Of a stretch of DNA of 64,000 bases, positions 39,046 to 52,251 are shown piece after piece. The translations under genes and the position numbers were made by a program. The DNA comes from Tubiluchus corallicola (lineage: Eukaryota; Animalia; Priapulida). The notes beneath the pieces were generated by a model that saw nothing but the letters and a program-made list of their open reading frames with translations, was not told where the DNA came from and searched no databases. Location of the stretch: positions 1-64,000 of the forward strand of contig JAQGDQ010002395.1 in NCBI GenBank assembly GCA_030141605.1, written 5' to 3'. Positions within the stretch are counted from its first letter, which is position 1. Each line of letters opens with the position of its first letter.

Positions 39046-40803
39046 ATGTACAGAAGTCATAATTGTGGTGAGTTAAGAGTTGATAGTTGTGGGAAAAGTG
39101 TAGTTCTTTCCGGATGGATACAAATGGTTCGTAATCTGGGGGCTATGACTTTTATAGATATTCGCGATCGCTATGGGATAACTCAATTAGTTGTGGAGGA
39201 CTGCACTGATGCTGAGCTTAAGAGTGAGGTTGAGCAACTTGGGCGCGAATTTGTTATCAGAGTTGAGGGAAGTGTGAGGGAGAGAGATAACAAAAACAGC
39301 AAAATGCCAACGGGGGATATTGAGGTGTGTGTGAGTGCTCTTAAGGTATTAAATGAATCTGTACACCCTCCATTTACGATTAGGGAAGATACTGACGGAG
39401 GAGATGAGATCAGGATGAGATATCGCTATCTTGATCTTCGTAGAGATGTTGTTCGTAAAAATATTGAGTTGCGTGCGAGCATGGCACATGAGATACGCAG
39501 TTATTTGAACAGTAATAATTTTATTGAGACGGAAACCCCTGCGCTAATAAAGTCTACTCCAGAAGGAGCCCGTGATTTTATTGTGCCATCACGCATGAAC
39601 GAAGGGGAGTTTTACGCTTTACCGCAATCGCCACAGGTGTTTAAGCAACTATTAATGATTGCCGGATTTGACAGGTATTATCAGATAGTGAAGTGCTTTC
39701 GTGATGAAGATTTGCGTGCAGACAGGCAGCCCGAGTTTACACAGATCGACTGCGAGATGTCGTTTGTTGAGCAGGCCGATGTTTTAAATATGTTTGAAGG
39801 TCTTGTTCGTCACCTATTTTGTAAGTTGAAAAATATTGATCCGGGAAAGTTTCCAAGAATTTCTTTTAGAGAGGCTATGGAAAGGTATGGTTCGGATAAG
39901 CCTGACACCAGGTTTGAGATGTTGATTTCCGAGATATCGAAATTTGCAAAAGGAGAAGGGTTTACAGTTTTCGATAATGCTGAATATATTGGAGCTATTT
40001 GTGTTAAGGGGTGTGGAGGATATAGCAGGAAGCAGTTGGATAAGCTAACAGATTATGTTAAGCGTCCACAGATAGGAGCGCAGGGGTTAGTGTATGTAAA
40101 ATATAATGGTGACGGTACTTTTAAGTCGTCCGTTGATAAGTTCTATAGTTTTGAGAAGTTGAAGGGCTGGTCTGAGGTGCTGAAAGCGGAGCCTGGTGAT
40201 CTTCTGCTTGTTTTATCAGGTAAAAGAGATCATACTCTGAATGCACTGTCTGAGTTGCGATTAGAGTTAGGGCGGCAACTCGGGCTCATGGATAAAGATG
40301 TATTTAAGCCACTGTGGGTAACAGATTTTCCATTGCTTGAGTGGGATGAAAAGCTTGAGCGGTTTCATGCAAAGCACCACCCGTTTACATCTCCCAAGGA
40401 GGAGGATATTCAGTTGCTGGAAGAGTCTCCCGCAGAGGTGTGTGCAAATGCTTATGATCTTGTTATTAATGGGGTTGAGATAGGCGGTGGCTCTGTGCGC
40501 ATATTTAATAGCGAGCTACAACATAAGATGTTTAAAATATTAGGGTTTACACCTGAAGAGGCGGAAGGTCAGTTCGGCTTTCTGATGAATGCTTTTAAGT
40601 ATGGAGCACCTCCACATGCGGGCATCGCTTTCGGGTTTGACCGACTGGTTTCTTTATTTGCGGGGCTTGACTCGATACGGGATGTAATAGCATTCCCCAA
40701 GAATAATTCAGGCAGAGATGTTATGATTGATTCGCCATCACCGGTTTCTAAAGATCAGCTTGAAGAGTTGAGCCTTAAGCTCAAGGCAGAGAAGAAGAGT
40801 TGA
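39046..40803 (+). CDS. aspS: Aspartate--tRNA ligase
   Basis: [50 protein letters not shown]. Confidence 0.97.
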   Translation: MYRSHNCGELRVDSCGKSVVLSGWIQMVRNLGAMTFIDIRDRYGITQLVVEDCTDAELKSEVEQLGREFVIRVEGSVRERDNKNSKMPTGDIEVCVSALKVLNESVHPPFTIREDTDGGDEIRMRYRYLDLRRDVVRKNIELRASMAHEIRSYLNSNNFIETETPALIKSTPEGARDFIVPSRMNEGEFYALPQSPQVFKQLLMIAGFDRYYQIVKCFRDEDLRADRQPEFTQIDCEMSFVEQADVLNMFEGLVRHLFCKLKNIDPGKFPRISFREAMERYGSDKPDTRFEMLISEISKFAKGEGFTVFDNAEYIGAICVKGCGGYSRKQLDKLTDYVKRPQIGAQGLVYVKYNGDGTFKSSVDKFYSFEKLKGWSEVLKAEPGDLLLVLSGKRDHTLNALSELRLELGRQLGLMDKDVFKPLWVTDFPLLEWDEKLERFHAKHHPFTSPKEEDIQLLEESPAEVCANAYDLVINGVEIGGGSVRIFNSELQHKMFKILGFTPEEAEGQFGFLMNAFKYGAPPHAGIAFGFDRLVSLFAGLDSIRDVIAFPKNNSGRDVMIDSPSPVSKDQLEELSLKLKAEKKS

Positions 40804-42362
40804 TACGGGGGTAAGCTTTTATTCGGACAAATTGGTTTAAAAATTAAGAGAGACATTTCTTAAATTATAACCAATAAAAACGAGTAAGATGAAGGCAAAA
40901 AAACAGACTACCGAACAAAAGGTAAAAGAGATTAAGAGACACACGAGGAAGAAGTAATCAGCTGAAGAAAAAATCAGGATTTTACTAGAGGGCATGCGTG
41001 GCGAATATAGCATTGCCGAGTTATGCCGAAAAGAAGGCATCAACGCGAACCTTTATTACAAGTGGAGTAAAGATTTTATGGAAGCTGGCAAAAAACGCCT
41101 TGCAGGTGACATTAAACGGGAAGCTACATCGGGCGAAGTAAACGGTTTAAAGAACGAGAACCACGACCTAAAGCAGTTTGTAGCAGAGCTGAGTTTGGAA
41201 GTACGCATGCTTAAAAAAAGCTTAACTGGAACCGAGTAACTTATAAATATATGAGACGAAGCGCCAGTGAAAAGATGGAAATTATCCGTATTGTTCAAGA
41301 TTCGGTATTCGGAGTTAAGCGCACACTTGAAGAGCTTGACATCAGCCGAAGTACCTTTTACGAGTGGTACAAACGCTTCCTTGAGGGAGGATATGATGCA
41401 CTCAAGCCCAAGCCGGTAAAACGCAAAAAGTTTTGGAACAAGATATCCAACAAAGAACGAGAACTGGTTTTAGACACCGCTTTGTAACGTACAGATTTAT
41501 CGCCTAGGGAACTAGCCCACCACATCACCGACCATCAAAAGTGGTTTATCAGCGAAACCAGCGTATATCGGATTCTCAAAGAGCAAGTGCTAATCACATC
41601 TCCTGCGTGGCTTTTAATGGCTGCATCCGATGATTTTAAAGATAAGACCACGCGTGTGCACCAGCAATGGCAAACCGATTTTACCTACTTTAAAATCATT
41701 GGATGGGGCTGGTATTATTTGGCTACCGTAATGGAGATTATTCAAGGTATATCGTCACCTGGGAGCTTTGCCAAAGCATTGAGTCGGCCGATGCCAAGCA
41801 TGTTATTCAAAAGGCTTTACATACGGCCAAAATACCTGCAGGCGATTGTCCCAGGTTACTCTCCGATAATGGAGCGTGCTACATATCAAACGAGTTTCAA
41901 AGCTTTTTAAAAGACACCAAAATGGGACATTTACGTGTAGCCCCATACCACCCTCAAACACAAGGGAAAATTGAGCGTTACCACCGCACCATGAAAAATC
42001 AGGTAAAGTTGGATAACTACTACTTTCCTGATGAACTAATGACGGTTCTACAGGAGTTTGTATATAATTACAACAACCACCGGTATCATGAATCACTCAA
42101 GAATGTTACACCTGCCGACGTGTATTTTGGAAGGCAAAAACAGTTACTGGGCAATCGTGAAAACATTAAAATAAAAACGCTAAATGAAAGAAGAAAAAGG
42201 AATCAGAAAATCGCAGTGTATCACTTTTGATTTATTGAAAACTCTGCGAGTTTCGAACAAGTCAACAGTGAATTATCATCACCATAAAAAAGAGAATTTG
42301 AATTATAAAACTATCTCTTAACTTTAAGCATCAATTTGTCCAATAAGTTTTGAAGTTAAACA
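40804..42362 (+). mobile_element. Inactivated IS3-family element (boundaries approximate)
   Basis: OrfA SAEEKIRILLEG..IAELCRKEGI; A7G frameshift motif at 41213-41220; OrfB WQTDFTY, SDNG, HPQTQGKIERYH; imperfect IRs around GGACAAATTG / CAATTTGTCC. Confidence 0.85.
40889..42230 (+). pseudogene. IS3 transposase pseudogene
   Basis: In-frame TAA at 40955 and 41485, extra frameshift near 41735. Confidence 0.88.
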
Positions 42363-42542
42363 GTACTCTCTTTAAACCGTATTTTTGATTGTGTTGTCAT
42401 TTAGACTCTTAAGAGACAAATTTTTTTAGGATGACATAGGTTGCAGGTATTTTATTTGTAATCTTTTTTACAAAAAAGGCTACCCAATACTTTTTGGATA
42501 GCCTCTCTTTTTGTTGCCTGATAATAAGTTTATCTTTTTTAT

Positions 42543-42619
42543 TGGCTCCCCAGGTAGGACTTGAACCTACGGCCTGCGGATTAACAGTCCGACGCTCTAA
42601 CCAACTGAGCTACTGGGGA
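42543..42619 (-). tRNA. tRNA-Asn(GTT)
   Basis: TCCCCAG acceptor stem, TAGCTCAGTTGGTTAGAGC D-arm, CT-GTT-AA loop, GGTTCAAGTCC T-arm, encoded CCA. Confidence 0.97.
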
Positions 42620-42657
42620 GTGTTTTTGCGCTTTCGCATATATTCGCGAAAGCGATG

Positions 42658-42665
42658 CAAATATA
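42658..42665 (-). promoter_or_regulatory. -7 promoter element of tRNA-Asn
   Basis: TATATTTG on the minus strand, followed by leader hairpin CGCTTTCGC..GCGAAAGCG. Confidence 0.65.
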
Positions 42666-42904
42666 ACAGCTTTTGATAAATTTTAAAACAGATTTGTAAA
42701 AAAATAGAGATAAAGTGGCTAGGGGAATAGTGTATATATTTTTTTGGACAGCATTTTGGTAAGAACCGAACGTGCTGTTTGTGTAGTGACTTTTCTTTTT
42801 CAATTTTTTCACACACTCTCTCTATTCATTGCAATTTCACTATTGTTTGCAAGGTGAGACCACACCTTTTGGGTACTTTAAATATATTGAAACAATAGCT
42901 ATTT

Positions 42905-44440
42905 CTACTGTTTTTGGGGAATATTGTTTATTGCTTTTATGATACGTTCTATTGTTTCATCTTTACCTATTAGCTTACAGATATCAAACAGGTCAGGCCC
43001 AAAGCTTCCCCCCACCAGGCATAGTCTGAGAGCGCTCATAACCAGTCCAAGTCTCCACTCATTTTTACCTGCTTCCAACTGCAAAAGTTCTTTTATGGAC
43101 GAAGCCTCCCACTGCTTAGTATTTTTTAACAGGGTTGCAATTTTTCCCATTATCTGTGGCACCTCTCCCTTCCAGCTTTTTTTCACCACTTTTTGGTTGT
43201 AGCTGTCTGGGCTTTTGAATAAGAAGTGGCTTTGTTCCCAAATGTCGGCCACAAAGGTGCAGCGATCCTTTACCATGCCACACACGGTTGTAGTAAAGTT
43301 CTGGGGTTTGTTTACTCCTTTCTCTTTTAACAGAGGCTGTATCATAGCTCCCAGTTCCTCATTGGTTTTGTTTACCAGGTATTGATGGTTGAACCACTTT
43401 GTTTTCTCGGGGTCAAATCTGGCGCCGGATTTGCCTACGCGCTCCATAGAGAAAGCTTCTGTAAGCTCACCTAGTGAAAAGATCTCCTGTTCTGTTCCGG
43501 GATTCCAGCCCAGCAGAGCTATCATATTTACAAATGCTTCAGGAAAATAGCCTTCCTCCCTGTAGCCTGCCGAAGTGTCTCCTGATGCTGAGTCTCTCCA
43601 CTTCAGAGGAAACAGGGGGAACCCCATTTTATCGCTATCACGCTTGGATAGCTTACCTTTCCCGACAGGTTTAAGTATAAGGGGGAGGTGTGCAAATTGG
43701 GGCATGGTGTTACTCCACCCCAATCTTTCGTATAGCAGTAAATGCAATGGCATTGAAGATAGCCACTCTTCTCCGCGAATAACATGGGATATATCCATCA
43801 GGTGATCATCTACAACATTGGCCAGGTGGTATGTTGGCATTTTATCTGCTTTAAGCAGCACTTTATCGTCCAGTGTGGAGGTGTTGAATACAACTTTTCC
43901 TCTTATCATATCTTTTGCCAGGATCTCCTCTTCATCCGGCATTTTAAAGCGAATCACGTACGGCTCCCCTTTATCTATTTTGGCTTTCCAGGTTTGCTCA
44001 GGCAGCGATAATGAGTTTTTCATTTGCTTGCGTGAAGCCGCGTTATATGTAAACACCTTCTTTTTAGTGCTTGCTTCTGCCCGCTTTGCTTCCAGCTCTT
44101 CAGGGGTGTCGAAAGCGTAATATGCGTTACCGGCAGAGGTGAGTTGTTCTGCATACTTGCTGTATATTTTTTTACGTTCACTTTGTCGGTATGGGGCATA
44201 GCTCCCACCCTTATGCGGGCCTTCATCGACTTTTATCCCGCACCACTTTAGTGACTCTTCTATGTATTTTTCAGCATTTTCATTGTATCTGGACTGGTCC
44301 GTATCTTCTATGCGCAAAATAAAGTCTCCTTTGTGTTTTTTTGCAAATAAGTAGTTAAACAGGGCTGTGCGCACCCCTCCCATATGCAAAGCTCCTGTAG
44401 GGCTGGGGGCAAAGCGGACTCTTATTTTTTTTTCACTCAT
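42905..44440 (-). CDS. gltX: Glutamate--tRNA ligase
   Basis: RVRFAPSPTGALHMGG, LRIEDTD, KLSKR; start at MSEKK. Confidence 0.96.
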   Translation of the reverse strand: MSEKKIRVRFAPSPTGALHMGGVRTALFNYLFAKKHKGDFILRIEDTDQSRYNENAEKYIEESLKWCGIKVDEGPHKGGSYAPYRQSERKKIYSKYAEQLTSAGNAYYAFDTPEELEAKRAEASTKKKVFTYNAASRKQMKNSLSLPEQTWKAKIDKGEPYVIRFKMPDEEEILAKDMIRGKVVFNTSTLDDKVLLKADKMPTYHLANVVDDHLMDISHVIRGEEWLSSMPLHLLLYERLGWSNTMPQFAHLPLILKPVGKGKLSKRDSDKMGFPLFPLKWRDSASGDTSAGYREEGYFPEAFVNMIALLGWNPGTEQEIFSLGELTEAFSMERVGKSGARFDPEKTKWFNHQYLVNKTNEELGAMIQPLLKEKGVNKPQNFTTTVCGMVKDRCTFVADIWEQSHFLFKSPDSYNQKVVKKSWKGEVPQIMGKIATLLKNTKQWEASSIKELLQLEAGKNEWRLGLVMSALRLCLVGGSFGPDLFDICKLIGKDETIERIIKAINNIPQKQ

Positions 44441-44701
44441 TGTTGGATGTATAATTTTTGTCAATATAGTGTAAGCAAAGATAAGGATTGAGGCTTTTAC
44501 AAGGCTCATCTTTTCATTAAATATTTTTATCAAAACTCTTTTCAAGCTCTTCATTTATGTCAATAAGGAGTGGCTTATAATCAAGTTTTCCTTAGTTTGA
44601 ACCAAAATATGTCATCTTGCAAAAGGCCTCAAATTACTGTATTTTTGCAATTTGGGTAGCTGGTGAGTGTAAGTTATCAATTATTCTAAATACGAAATAC
44701 C

Positions 44702-45916
44702 ATGCATCATATAAAACTATCAGAAGATATTTATTACCTGGGGTTTAATGACAGGCGCACCCACCTCTTTGAAAATATATGGCCAATTCCTCACGGAGTC
44801 TCTTATAATTCATACCTTATTGTTGATGAGAAAGTTGCGTTGATTGATACAGTGGAGCGACAATTTATAGATGGCTACCTTGACAAAATAGAGGGTATAA
44901 TAGGCAGTAAAAAAGTTGATTACCTTGTTATTAACCATATGGAGCCAGATCATTCAGGGGCGTTAAGAGCCATTGTTGGTAGGTATCCTGATGTGACGCT
45001 GGTTGGAAATAAGAAAACTTTTGGTTTTATAGAGAGCTTCTATCTTAAGCCTGAAAATATTATGGTTGTTGATGATAATGACACCCTCAACCTGGGAAAG
45101 ATGAGGCTGCAGTTTCAAAAGATACCTATGGTTCACTGGCCGGAAACCATGGTGAGTTATGAGGAGACAAACAAGATACTGTTTTCGGGTGACGCATTTG
45201 GCAGTTATGGAACTCTTGACGGAGGTGTTTTTGATGATGAGATAAATCTCGACTTTTATGAAGTGGAGCTTATGCGCTATTTTACTAATATAGTGGGGAA
45301 GTACTGTGCTCATACGCAGAGGGCTATGAAAAAGATATCTGAGCTAGAGTTAAGGATGATAGCAACAACTCATGGCCCCATTTGGCGTAGTGACTTGAAG
45401 TGGGTGCTAAGCCGGTATAAGAAATGGAGTTCTTATGATATGGACGAGGGGGTTATTATTGTCTATGGTTCTATGTATGGACATACAAAAGAGATGGCGG
45501 AGGTTATTGCTAGACAGCTTTCTGTAAGAGGAGTAAAAAGTATAAGGGTTTACGATTCTTCCAAGACCCATTCATCTTACATAATTAATGATATTTTTAA
45601 ATATAAAGGGTTTATAGTGGGCAGTTGCACTTATAATAACTCACTGTTTCCAAGTATTGAGACCCTGCTTTCAACGATCAGTCACATGGGTGTTAAGAAT
45701 CACTACCTAGGTATTTTTGGAAACTACGCATGGAGTGGTGGTGGAGTGAATAGGCTTAAAGATTTTGCTGAAGATATAAATTGGGAAGTGGTGTATCACC
45801 CTGTTGAGGAGAAGGGCAAACTGGAAGACGACAAAGGCCGTATGTGTATAGAGCTTGCCAATGCGATGGCTGACAAGGTGTTGGAGTGTAAGCATATTGA
45901 CGAAGAGAAGCGCTAG
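44702..45916 (+). CDS. fprA: FprA family flavodiiron protein
   Basis: HMEPDHSG, VHWPE, FSGDAFG, YGSMYGHT flavodoxin domain. Confidence 0.93.
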   Translation: MHHIKLSEDIYYLGFNDRRTHLFENIWPIPHGVSYNSYLIVDEKVALIDTVERQFIDGYLDKIEGIIGSKKVDYLVINHMEPDHSGALRAIVGRYPDVTLVGNKKTFGFIESFYLKPENIMVVDDNDTLNLGKMRLQFQKIPMVHWPETMVSYEETNKILFSGDAFGSYGTLDGGVFDDEINLDFYEVELMRYFTNIVGKYCAHTQRAMKKISELELRMIATTHGPIWRSDLKWVLSRYKKWSSYDMDEGVIIVYGSMYGHTKEMAEVIARQLSVRGVKSIRVYDSSKTHSSYIINDIFKYKGFIVGSCTYNNSLFPSIETLLSTISHMGVKNHYLGIFGNYAWSGGGVNRLKDFAEDINWEVVYHPVEEKGKLEDDKGRMCIELANAMADKVLECKHIDEEKR

Positions 45917-46361
45917 TATAAGTTTTTTAACTTGAAAGAGAGGATATTTGCAAGTCAAGACGGTTGTTGGTACAAGTTTTATATTTATTTAAAAGGAAGC
46001 TACTTTTAAGCTATAGGTTTTTTATTTGGCTTGGAAAAAAACCGGATGAAGTTGTAATTTTCTGACCTGAGCAGTGATTTCATAAATGTGATAGACAAAA
46101 TATTGTATTGAGAAGACATATTAAATGGTTGTCAGTAAGTATACTTACAGGAGTGATTACGTGATAAATTGACTTCAGAAAGTGTCTTTGGTAAAAGTCT
46201 GCAGGTTTTTATAATTTAGCTAAATTACTTCTTTGCATCTGTACGACTGTGCCTGTTGTAAGGAAGTATTGTTAAATTTCTTTTGAGAATCGTGGCTAAT
46301 TCTATATTTTCGTTAGTAAGTTATTGAGCAGAGAGGCCAAAAATGTATACATATTATTAAA

Positions 46362-48452
46362 ATGGAATCCAAAAGTGCCAACAAAAACATTATACACTCC
46401 GGAGGTGGAGCTCAGGATGGGTTTAGTACGGGTATAACCGGGAAAAAAAATCGAGATGGAGAAGGGTTTAAGGATGAGCCTGTTGCTGATGGTAGCAGCG
46501 GTAGTGCTGAGAAAAATGAAGAGACAGGGGTGATAAATAGTGCTGGGAAGGCAGGGCTGGATGTGGAAGAGGGAAAGGGAGAGAAAGAGGAGAAAGAGGA
46601 GAAAGGAGAGATTAAAGAGATGGAGGGTAGAGTAGGGCTGGAAGAGAAAGTAGAGGAAGTAGAGAAAGTAGAGAAAGTAGAGAAAGTAGAGGAAGTAGAG
46701 AAGGTAGAGAAGAAGGGGGTATGCAGCATTGACTACTCATCTTACACCAAAGTTCAGTTGATTAACGCTTTCAGGAAGTTGCTGTCTGAGTTTCCCGATA
46801 AGGATATAAGGCATGAAGCAGAGGCTATAAGGTCGTGTTTTTATAAGCTTCACAATGCTGATTTACAAGATATAAAACGGGCTTTTATTGAAGGTGGAGG
46901 GAAAGAGGAGGATTTTGTTACCGCCCCGGATCTGTATGAGCAGGACTTGAAAAATTTGCAGAAGGAGTATCGGAATATGAGGGTGGAGTCAAATAAAAAG
47001 AAGGAGGCTATTAAAGAAGAGAATTACAGGAAGAAGCTTGAGGTAATAGAGGGTATAAAGGCTTTGATTAGTAGTGAGGAATCTATCAATGTCACCTTTA
47101 GTGAGTTTAAAAAGTTGCAGAACACATGGAGAGATATAGGCCAGATACCTCACGGTGTGATTAAGGATATGTGGGAGAACTATCATCACCATGTGGAGCT
47201 GTTTTATGATTATGTAAAGATAAACAGAGAGCTGCGTGATCTTGATCTTCAACGTAATATGGAGCAGAAGACGCAGCTGTGTACCAGAGCGGAGGAGTTG
47301 GCAGTTGTTGCTAAAGAGGGAAATACCATAGATGCATTTAGGAAGTTGCAAAAGCTTCACGAGAGTTGGCGCGAAACGGGGCCTGTTCCGAGGGATAAGA
47401 GGGAGTCGTTATGGAATCGCTTTAAAGAGGCTACTTCTGTTGTCAACAAACAGCATTTCGATAATGAGCGGGAGAAGCAGAAGAATAATCTTGAAAAGAA
47501 GTTGGCTATGTGTGAGAGTGCTGAGGCATATTCATCTTTTGATTCTACCGATCCGCGCGAGTGGAATGTAGCGACTAAAAAGATTCTTGCTTTACAGAAA
47601 GAGTGGCGGACAGTTGGATATGCACCGCGCAAGAGTAATACAAAGGTGTGGAGCAGGTTTAGAAAGGCAAATGACATATTTTTTCAGAGAAAACGTGAGT
47701 TTTGGGTAAAAAGCAAGGAGCAGCTACATAAGAACCTTGCATTGAAAATAGAGATTTGTGAGCAAGCAGAGTTGTTAAAGGATAGTGAAGAGTGGAAAGC
47801 AGCTTCAAAGGAGTTTATCGAGCTGCAACGAAAATGGAAAGAGGTGGGGCCTGTTCCGAGGAAAGATTCTGATACGGTATGGAAGAGGTTTAGAGCTGCA
47901 TGTGATGAGTTTTTTAATAAAAAAGACAAGCATTTTCTGGGAGTAGCAGGGGAGCAGGGGGAGAATCTGAAAGCTAAGGAGGCCTTGATGGAGGAGGTTA
48001 GCGGTTTTCAGTCTTGTGGGAATGCAAAAGAGGATATCCGGGTTTTGAATGAGTTTAGTCGCCAGTGGTCGGAGATAGGCTTTGTTCCACTTCATAGGAA
48101 GGACGATATGCAGATGCGGTTTAGAGAGCTGCTTAACACACAGTATGACAAGATTGAAATTAGCGAGCGGGAGCGTAATATACATAAGTTTAAGAATAAG
48201 GTTGCAGGCTGGATATCACTTCCCAGAGGGTGGGATAAGATAGAGAAAGATAGGGAGAGGATTGTGAGCAGGTTGAGGTTGCTGGAGAGTGATTTGGCAA
48301 CACTGAATAACAATATTGGTTTTTTTGGTAAGTCAAAAGGAGCAGAGTCGCTTATAGAAGGAGTTAATGAGAAGATAGAGCAGTTGAATGAGCAGATACG
48401 GTATCTAAAAGCCAAAATTACTATTGTTGACAGCTTGGAGAAACAAAAGTAA
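46362..48452 (+). CDS. DUF349 domain-containing protein
   Basis: Repeated LQ..W..(I/V)GPVP...W.RF units; acidic low-complexity N-terminus. Confidence 0.9.
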   Translation: MESKSANKNIIHSGGGAQDGFSTGITGKKNRDGEGFKDEPVADGSSGSAEKNEETGVINSAGKAGLDVEEGKGEKEEKEEKGEIKEMEGRVGLEEKVEEVEKVEKVEKVEEVEKVEKKGVCSIDYSSYTKVQLINAFRKLLSEFPDKDIRHEAEAIRSCFYKLHNADLQDIKRAFIEGGGKEEDFVTAPDLYEQDLKNLQKEYRNMRVESNKKKEAIKEENYRKKLEVIEGIKALISSEESINVTFSEFKKLQNTWRDIGQIPHGVIKDMWENYHHHVELFYDYVKINRELRDLDLQRNMEQKTQLCTRAEELAVVAKEGNTIDAFRKLQKLHESWRETGPVPRDKRESLWNRFKEATSVVNKQHFDNEREKQKNNLEKKLAMCESAEAYSSFDSTDPREWNVATKKILALQKEWRTVGYAPRKSNTKVWSRFRKANDIFFQRKREFWVKSKEQLHKNLALKIEICEQAELLKDSEEWKAASKEFIELQRKWKEVGPVPRKDSDTVWKRFRAACDEFFNKKDKHFLGVAGEQGENLKAKEALMEEVSGFQSCGNAKEDIRVLNEFSRQWSEIGFVPLHRKDDMQMRFRELLNTQYDKIEISERERNIHKFKNKVAGWISLPRGWDKIEKDRERIVSRLRLLESDLATLNNNIGFFGKSKGAESLIEGVNEKIEQLNEQIRYLKAKITIVDSLEKQK
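46645..46712 (+). repeat. 9-bp coding microsatellite (VEK/VEE)n
   Basis: GTAGAG(A/G)AA repeated about seven times. Confidence 0.85.
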
Positions 48453-48585
48453 GGGGCACTTCACTATATATGCCTCTCTTGCTGGCTTTGTATATGTCGG
48501 TTACTTTGTTTGGCTTTTTGTCAGGCATTAAGAATTATTATTTGTTACTTTGCTCACTTTTAAAAACCTTAATTCAAGACTATAA

Positions 48586-50199
<1,614 letters not shown>

Positions 50200-50230
50200 A
50201 ATTGAAATAATTAGTTTTTTATAGTATTAT

Positions 50231-52192
50231 ATGGACAGAAATACAGTTACAGGATTAATCCTGATTATATCTATTCTGATATTGTTCGGTTATTTAAGCA
50301 GGCCTTCGCAGGAAGAGATTGCGGCACAGAGGAGAGCAGACTCGATTCGCATAGCGGAAATGGAAAGAGAGAGGCTGTTATCTGACTCCATGAGTTTACG
50401 GGAGAGGGAGTATGAGGTAAAAAGAGTGTTGTCTGAAGAGGGTAGTGGGGTGAGTGCCGGGCAGCCTAACGAAAATATTGATAATGCAGACCGTTATGGT
50501 GTGTTTGCGGCTTCGGCAAGTGGGAAAGAGAGATTCATCACTTTGGAAAACAACTTGATGAAGGTTTTGGTATCCAACAAGGGAGGCCGTGTCTACTCTG
50601 TTGAGTTGAAAAACTACAAAGCCTACGATGGTAGTCCTCTGGTTCTTTTTAATGGTAGTAGTAATCGTTTTGGTCTGAACTTTTTTGCCCAGAACAGGAC
50701 TATACAGACTAATGATTTATATTTTAATCCTTTAGGCGGCAGTGCCTCTCTTGTGGTTGACGGGGCAGATGTGTCTGGCAGTAAAATGGGAAATGAAAGC
50801 TACAACAGGGATAATCCTGGCGGGGAAAAGTCTTTGGTTATGAGGCTTGAAGTTGAGGGAGGGGGCTATATAGATTATACCTACACCATAAGTCATAACT
50901 CTTATATGCTCGATTTTAATATTAATTCATCCAGGATAGAGCAACTTATGGGACGGGGTGTAGATGAAGTAAACCTTGTCTGGCAAGTGGAGGTACCTGC
51001 TCAGGAGAGGGGGACAGATTTTGAACGAAGGTATGCGGGTGTCTATTACAAGCACTATCAGGATGAGGTTGATTATATTAAGAGCACGAAGAATAATTCT
51101 GACAACATTAGTACTAAAGTGGAGTGGGTTGCGTTTAAAGATCAATTTTTTTCATCCGTTTTTATTGCTAAGGAGTTTTTTAAGAATGGGTCGGTAAAGC
51201 TTAGTATACCCGACGATAAAAACAGTCGCACCATTATGGATGCGTTAGCAGACATGGCTATTCCTTTTGGCGACAATAAAGCAACGAGCTATGCATTTTA
51301 TTTTGGCCCCAATGATTTTAGCATTTTTAAGGGGGTACAAGATGATGTTGACATGAGAAAACTGGTCTACCTTGGCTGGGGCTTTCTCAGATATATAAAT
51401 CTATTGGTTATCAAGGTTTTTCATTTCTTTGAGGGGTTTGTTGGCAATTACGGAATTATTATACTGTTGCTGACTATTCTTATAAAGCTGATACTTTTTC
51501 CGCTAACGTATAAGTCGTATATATCAACGGCAAGGATGAGGGTGTTGAAGCCCCAGATAGATGAGATAAACGCCAAGATACCGAAGGATAAGGCGATGGA
51601 GAGGCAGCAGGCAACCATGGCGCTGTACCGAAAGGCAGGGGTAAATCCTATGGGGGGATGTATTCCGCTACTGTTACAGATGCCTATATTGTTTGCAATG
51701 TTTCAGTTTTTCCCTGCTTCAATTGAGTTGAGACAGGAGAGCTTTTTATGGGCTCAGGATCTTTCGTCGTATGATGCAATAGTTGAGTGGAAGGGTAATA
51801 TTCCTTTTATTACCAAATACTATGGTAACCATATAAGCCTGTTTTGTTTGCTGATGACTATAACCAATATTGTGTATAGTCGTATAAATCAGGAAATGTC
51901 CCAGTCGAGTCAGCAGATGCCTGGCATGAAGGGCATGATGTATATAATGCCGATAATGTTTTTGGTGTTTTTCAATAATTATGCATCTGGGCTAAGTTAT
52001 TACTATTTCATATCGACACTTATCACAATTGGGCAAACAGTACTGATCCGTCGCTTTGTTGATGAGGGGGCTATTTTGGCAAAGCTAAATGCCAATCAGA
52101 AGAAGCCCAGAAAGAAGTCAGGCTTTCAGAAGCGCCTTGAAGATATGGCTCGCGAGCGTAGTGCTACTGCCAAAAAGAGAAGAAAGAGGTAG
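50231..52192 (+). CDS. yidC: Membrane protein insertase YidC
   Basis: MDRNTVTGLILI, YFGPN, GVNPMGGCIPLLLQMP, FLWAQDLS. Confidence 0.96.
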   Translation: MDRNTVTGLILIISILILFGYLSRPSQEEIAAQRRADSIRIAEMERERLLSDSMSLREREYEVKRVLSEEGSGVSAGQPNENIDNADRYGVFAASASGKERFITLENNLMKVLVSNKGGRVYSVELKNYKAYDGSPLVLFNGSSNRFGLNFFAQNRTIQTNDLYFNPLGGSASLVVDGADVSGSKMGNESYNRDNPGGEKSLVMRLEVEGGGYIDYTYTISHNSYMLDFNINSSRIEQLMGRGVDEVNLVWQVEVPAQERGTDFERRYAGVYYKHYQDEVDYIKSTKNNSDNISTKVEWVAFKDQFFSSVFIAKEFFKNGSVKLSIPDDKNSRTIMDALADMAIPFGDNKATSYAFYFGPNDFSIFKGVQDDVDMRKLVYLGWGFLRYINLLVIKVFHFFEGFVGNYGIIILLLTILIKLILFPLTYKSYISTARMRVLKPQIDEINAKIPKDKAMERQQATMALYRKAGVNPMGGCIPLLLQMPILFAMFQFFPASIELRQESFLWAQDLSSYDAIVEWKGNIPFITKYYGNHISLFCLLMTITNIVYSRINQEMSQSSQQMPGMKGMMYIMPIMFLVFFNNYASGLSYYYFISTLITIGQTVLIRRFVDEGAILAKLNANQKKPRKKSGFQKRLEDMARERSATAKKRRKR

Positions 52193-52251
52193 AGTTTTTT
52201 AGCCTTTGTGGATAGAGATATTCTATGGGCTTACAGTTTTATGAGATAGTG

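Noticed and set aside
42476-42510. TTTTTGGAYAGCCTCT motif (also ~60701) as another IS end
   Set aside because: Short; here it is explained by a terminator-like hairpin after the tRNA, and no matching transposase is present
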